Below the pieces are notes generated by a model, which saw only the letters and a list, made by a program, of their open reading frames with translations, was not told the DNA's origin and made no database searches. DNA of 64,000 nucleotides from Patescibacteria group bacterium (GTDB taxonomy: Bacteria; Patescibacteriota; Patescibacteriia; Patescibacteriales; WJLG01). The stretch covers positions 66,847-130,846 of the forward strand of contig JBAZHE010000001.1 in the NCBI GenBank assembly GCA_041652555.1. Reading direction: 5' to 3'. Positions 60,055 to 64,000 of this stretch are shown piece by piece (positions within the stretch are counted from its first letter, which is position 1; every line of letters begins with the position of its first letter). The translations under genes were made by a program, and so were the position numbers.

Positions 60055-63030
60055 ATGGAAAAATATAATCACTTAGAAATAGATAAAAAATGGCAAAAGG
60101 CTTGGGAGGAAGAAGGGGTTAATAAAACCGGAGAAGATCAAGCTAAGCCAAAATATTATGTTTTAGATATGTTTCCTTATCCGTCAGGAGCTGGTTTGCA
60201 CGTTGGTCATCCTAAAGGGTATATTGCGACTGATATTTTGGCACGCTATAAAATGATGAATGGTTTTAATGTGTTGCATCCTATGGGTTGGGATGCTTTT
60301 GGTTTGCCAGCAGAAAATTATGCTTTAAAAAATAAAGTTCATCCAAAAGTTCAGACAGAAGAGAATATCGCCACTTATAAGAAGCAATTGGAAAAAATTG
60401 GTATGTCTTATGACTGGAGTAGAGAAATTAATACAACTGACCCAGAATATTATAAATGGACACAATGGACTTTTATTAAAATGTGGGAAAAAGGTCTGGC
60501 TTTTGAATCATTTGAGCCAATTATTTGGTGTCCAAAATGTCAGACTGGTTTGGCTATGGAGGACTTGGAAGATGGTAAATGTGAACGTTGTGAATCAGAA
60601 ATAGAACGCAAGCCAATGCGTCAGTGGGTAATAAAGATAACCGATTACGCTGATAGACTTTTAGCTGATTTGGATAAATTGCCGGGCTGGGAAGATTCTA
60701 TTAAAGAAATGCAACGCAATTGGATTGGAAGATCAGAAGGCGCAGAAATTAACTTTGTCATTGCGAGCGAAGCGAAGCAATCCCGAGGCGAGAGCAACGA
60801 CATTAAGGTTTTCACCACTCGTCCTGATACGCTATTCGGCTGCACCTATGTCGTTATTGCTCCCGAGAAGCTAGTAGATTTAAAATTAGAAATTAAAAAT
60901 AAAGCTGAGGTTGATGAATATATTAAAAAAACTAAGGCTAAATCTGATTTGGAGCGGACTGATTTGAATAAAGATAAAACTGGTGTGAAATTAGAAGGTG
61001 TAATGGCGATTAATCCAGCTAATGGTGAAGAAGTCCCAGTGTTTATTGCTGATTATGTTTTGGCTGGTTATGGCACCGGCGCCGTAATGGCAGTACCAGC
61101 TCATGATGAGCGCGATTTTGAATTTGCCAAAAAATATGATTTGCCAATTAAAAATGTTATTGAGCCGGAATTTGGTGAAAAAAGAGAGAATGAAGAGTTT
61201 AGGAATAGGATTGTTGCCGTGGTGTATAATCCTAAAAATAATAAAGTTTTAACTTTAAATTGGGGAGATAAGTTTGGTGGCTATTTAAATGTTGGAGGAG
61301 GAATAGAAGAAGGGGAAAGTCCTGAACAGGCGGCACGTCGAGAAATTTTAGAAGAGACAGGTTATAAAAATCTTAAATTAGTTAATCAATCAGAAAAAGT
61401 TCGTCATCATTTTATCGCTTATAATAAAGGCGTGAATCGGGGTACGGAAATTATTGGTTTATTTTTTGAATTAATTGATGAATTGGCTGACGCACAAAGT
61501 CTATCTCCTGAAGAGGAAGGAAAATTTGAGTTGGAATGGTTATTGGCTTCTGAAGTTAAAAATAAAATTATAGACCCTTGTCATAATTATTTAGTGGATA
61601 AGTTTATTAATGATGTTGCTTTTACTGGAAATGGTTTTAATGTTAATTCTGATTTTTTGAATGGTTTGTCGACTGCTGAAGCGAAGGTGAAAATAGTTGA
61701 GTGGCTAGAAAAAGAAGGTAAGGGGAAGAAAAAGGTTAATTATAAATTGAATGATTGGGTTTTTTCTCGTCAGCGTTATTGGGGTGAGCCGATTCCTTTT
61801 GTGCATTGTGAAAAATGTGGCGTTGTGCCAGTGGCGGAAAAGGATTTGCCAGTGCGTTTGCCGGATGTTGAACATTACGAGCCGTCTGGAACAGGGGAAT
61901 CACCTTTGGCAAATATTACTGATTGGGTAAATACTACTTGCCCAAAATGTGGTGGGAAGGCTAAACGCGAAACTAATACTATGCCACAATGGGCTGGTTC
62001 GTCTTGGTATTATTTGCGCTACATTGATTCAAAAAATTCTGAAAGCTTAGTTGATAAAGAAAAAGAAAAATATTGGTCGCCAGTTGATTTTTATGTTGGT
62101 GGTGCTGAGCATGCCACACGTCATTTAATTTACGCCCGTTTTTGGCATAAATTTTTATTTGATATTGGTGTAGTAAATTATGAAGAACCGTTTACTAAAT
62201 TGCAACACGTCGGTTTAATAATGGCTGAAGACGGTAGAAAAATGTCTAAACGCTGGGGTAATGTCATTAATCCTGATGACATTATCGCACAATACGGTGC
62301 CGATGCGATGCGTGTTTACGAAATGTTTATGGGCCCATTCGGTCAGTCTTGTGCTTGGAATACTAACGGTTTAGTCGGAGCACGAAAATTTTTGGATAAA
62401 ATAAATGATTATGTTGATAGTTGGAAAGTTGAATATAAAGAAGGAGAAGTTCATGAAAGCAAGGACACAGTTATTGATAAAAAAAATAGTTTAATAGAAA
62501 AAACTATAAAAAAAGTAGGCGAGGATATTGTTGAATTTAAATTTAATACCGCTATTAGTCAAATGATGATTTGTTGGAATTATATTCGTGCGGAAGAAAA
62601 GAAGAACTTGCCGAATGGAGCTGAATATTCCGAAACTTTAGAACGTATTATTACTAAAAAGCAGTTAGGAAAACTTATTCAAATTCTTGCGCCTTTTGCT
62701 CCGCATTTAGCTGAAGAAATTTGGCGTAATAAATTGGGCAACAAGCAAAGTATTTTTGTGTCAGAGTCCCCTTCGGGAGACCATAATAAGACGGTGATGT
62801 CTGTTTGGCCTGAATATGACCCAGAATTAATAAAAGATGATATAGTTAATTTGGTTGTGCAGATCAATGGTAAGCTTCGTGCTACTATTGAAGTGGCAGC
62901 AGATATTTCTGAAGAAGATGCAAAAAAATTAGCTCAAGAAAATGATAACATTAAAAAATGGTTAGAAGGAAAAGAAATTATAAAAATAATTTTCATTCCA
63001 GGCAAGCTTCTTAATATTGTAGTGAAATAA
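60055..63030 (+). CDS. leuS: Leucine--tRNA ligase with an inserted Nudix hydrolase domain
   Basis: HVGHPKGY (HIGH), KMSKR (KMSKS), CP1 editing TTRPDT...AVPAHDERDFEFA, then the Nudix box GGIEEGESPEQAARREILEETGY. ATG at 60055. Confidence 0.95.
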   Translation: MEKYNHLEIDKKWQKAWEEEGVNKTGEDQAKPKYYVLDMFPYPSGAGLHVGHPKGYIATDILARYKMMNGFNVLHPMGWDAFGLPAENYALKNKVHPKVQTEENIATYKKQLEKIGMSYDWSREINTTDPEYYKWTQWTFIKMWEKGLAFESFEPIIWCPKCQTGLAMEDLEDGKCERCESEIERKPMRQWVIKITDYADRLLADLDKLPGWEDSIKEMQRNWIGRSEGAEINFVIASEAKQSRGESNDIKVFTTRPDTLFGCTYVVIAPEKLVDLKLEIKNKAEVDEYIKKTKAKSDLERTDLNKDKTGVKLEGVMAINPANGEEVPVFIADYVLAGYGTGAVMAVPAHDERDFEFAKKYDLPIKNVIEPEFGEKRENEEFRNRIVAVVYNPKNNKVLTLNWGDKFGGYLNVGGGIEEGESPEQAARREILEETGYKNLKLVNQSEKVRHHFIAYNKGVNRGTEIIGLFFELIDELADAQSLSPEEEGKFELEWLLASEVKNKIIDPCHNYLVDKFINDVAFTGNGFNVNSDFLNGLSTAEAKVKIVEWLEKEGKGKKKVNYKLNDWVFSRQRYWGEPIPFVHCEKCGVVPVAEKDLPVRLPDVEHYEPSGTGESPLANITDWVNTTCPKCGGKAKRETNTMPQWAGSSWYYLRYIDSKNSESLVDKEKEKYWSPVDFYVGGAEHATRHLIYARFWHKFLFDIGVVNYEEPFTKLQHVGLIMAEDGRKMSKRWGNVINPDDIIAQYGADAMRVYEMFMGPFGQSCAWNTNGLVGARKFLDKINDYVDSWKVEYKEGEVHESKDTVIDKKNSLIEKTIKKVGEDIVEFKFNTAISQMMICWNYIRAEEKKNLPNGAEYSETLERIITKKQLGKLIQILAPFAPHLAEEIWRNKLGNKQSIFVSESPSGDHNKTVMSVWPEYDPELIKDDIVNLVVQINGKLRATIEVAADISEEDAKKLAQENDNIKKWLEGKEIIKIIFIPGKLLNIVVK
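60756..60801. repeat. 46-bp palindromic element in-frame within leuS
   Basis: tgtcattgcgagcgaagcgaagcaatcccgaggcgagagcaacgaca. The ends tgtcattgc/gcaacgaca are inverted. Translated as VIASEAKQSRGESND. Confidence 0.6.
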
Positions 63031-63859
63031 TGGATCTCTTAGAAAAAACTAAACAACTTTGCGCAGAAAATAATATTCGCCCGGCGCGCTCCAAAGGGCA
63101 AAATTTTTTAATTGATGAAAATATTTACGATAAAATTATTGAGGCGGCAGATTTAAAAAATACTGACACTGTTTTAGAAGTCGGTCCGGGTTTGGGATTT
63201 TTAACTGCTAAATTATCAGAGAAAGCTGGCTATGTTATCGCCGTGGAATTAGATGACAAATTAGCCGCGTATTTAAAAGAAAACTTAAAAAAAGAAAATG
63301 TTGAAATAATAAATGAAAATATTTTGGATATTATAAATTCTAAATCTCAGATCCTAAATTCTAAATATAAAGTTGTTGCTAATTTGCCATATAATATAAC
63401 CTCGGTTTTTATCCGCAAAATGTTGACTTCTGAAAATAAGCCGACGGAAATGATTTTGATGCTGCAAAAAGAAGTGGCCGAGCGCATCTGCGCCAAACCG
63501 GGAGATATGTCGCTGCTTGCTTTGTCGGTGCAATTCTTTAGTGAACCAAAATACTTTTCCAAGTTCCACGCACAGCTTTTTATCCCGCGCCGGAAGTAGA
63601 CAGTGCAGTTGTTAAATTATCAATTATCAATTATCAATTATCAATCAAAGAAAAAGAGTTTTTTCGTTTGGTCAAAATCGGCTTTTCCGCTAAGCGCAAG
63701 ATGCTTAAAAATAATTTGGCTAATGGTTTGCATATTTCTAATCAGGAGGCAGAGAAAATGCTTATTAGCACTGGGTTAGACTTAAAAATTAGAGCTGAAG
63801 ATTTAGCAATAAACGATTGGATAAAGTTGTTATCAATTTTTTCTGCAAATCAGAATTAA
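63030..63859 (+). pseudogene. rsmA: 16S rRNA (adenine1518/1519-N6)-dimethyltransferase RsmA/KsgA, reading frame broken by an apparent 1-nt loss in an A-run (or a sequencing error)
   Basis: Frame 0 gives GQNFL...VGPGLG...NLPYNI. After aaaa at 63548..63551, conserved VPRTAFYPAPEVDSAVV...FSAKRKML continues in the frame of ORF 63668. Confidence 0.8.
63615..63642. repeat. Tandem heptamer (AATTATC)x4 inside the rsmA coding sequence
   Basis: aattatcaattatcaattatcaattatc, translated as LSIINYQLSI. Confidence 0.8.
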
Positions 63860-63887
63860 AAAATTAATAGTTTTTTATATAGTTTTT

Positions 63888-63915
63888 AATCGCCTTTTGA
63901 GGCGATTTTTTTTCC
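63888..63915 (+). terminator. Rho-independent terminator
   Basis: aatcgcc ttttga ggcgatt followed by tttttttt. Confidence 0.8.
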
Positions 63916-63957
63916 TTGTTTCGTTTTGTGATTTTGTGGTATAATAAACTTGTGAAA

Positions 63958-64000
63958 ATGGAGCAGAAAATTTTTAAAAAAAACCGCCCGGAAGAAAATG
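63958..64000 (+). CDS. Start of an unidentified gene (3' end outside window)
   Basis: ATG follows a TGgTATAAT extended -10 (63937..63945). Only 14 codons are visible (MEQKIFKKNRPEEN). Confidence 0.25.
   Translation, partial: MEQKIFKKNRPEEN

Overview
AT-rich, gene-dense bacterial window with about 65 CDS, 3 tRNAs, no rRNA and no CRISPR. The content suggests a Candidate Phyla Radiation/Patescibacteria-type genome (inference). Supporting features are streamlined housekeeping genes, an infA-rpmJ-rpsM-rpsK-rpsD-rpoA-rplQ-rplM-rpsI cluster, a short AlaRS, an rpoA without a recognisable alpha-CTD, ComEC, T4SS-pilin-like and lamin-tail-domain surface proteins, and a 4-subunit 2-oxoacid:ferredoxin oxidoreductase. 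The stand-out region is 10.1-16.5 kb. A Xer-sized tyrosine recombinase is transcribed divergently from a one-directional array of unrelated small genes: higBA, VOC/glyoxalase, membrane proteins, a transglutaminase-like protein and a KilA-N protein, with Fic just beyond. The genes are separated by long structured repeats with the attC-like order ...AAC-arm-loop-arm-GTT..., and homology breakpoints fall just before the GTT. I read this as an integron-like cassette platform with non-canonical sites and a non-IntI recombinase. Three other repeat systems are visible. (1) A REP-like hairpin family sits with a RAYT-type transposase pseudogene, and three copies lie in-frame inside comEC and a neighbouring gene. 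(2) About 80-bp elements are built from two inverted ATTCCC-N8-GGGAAT palindromes (dRS3/NIME-like), mostly just upstream of start codons. (3) A/T-rich tandem heptamers occur at six loci. Unusual protein architectures are a Nudix domain inserted in LeuRS, a UvrD-like helicase with an embedded DEDDh exonuclease, and a pilin-like/LAS-peptidase gene wedged between porA and porB. All coordinates and alignments were done by eye from the sequence and ORF track; no searches were run.
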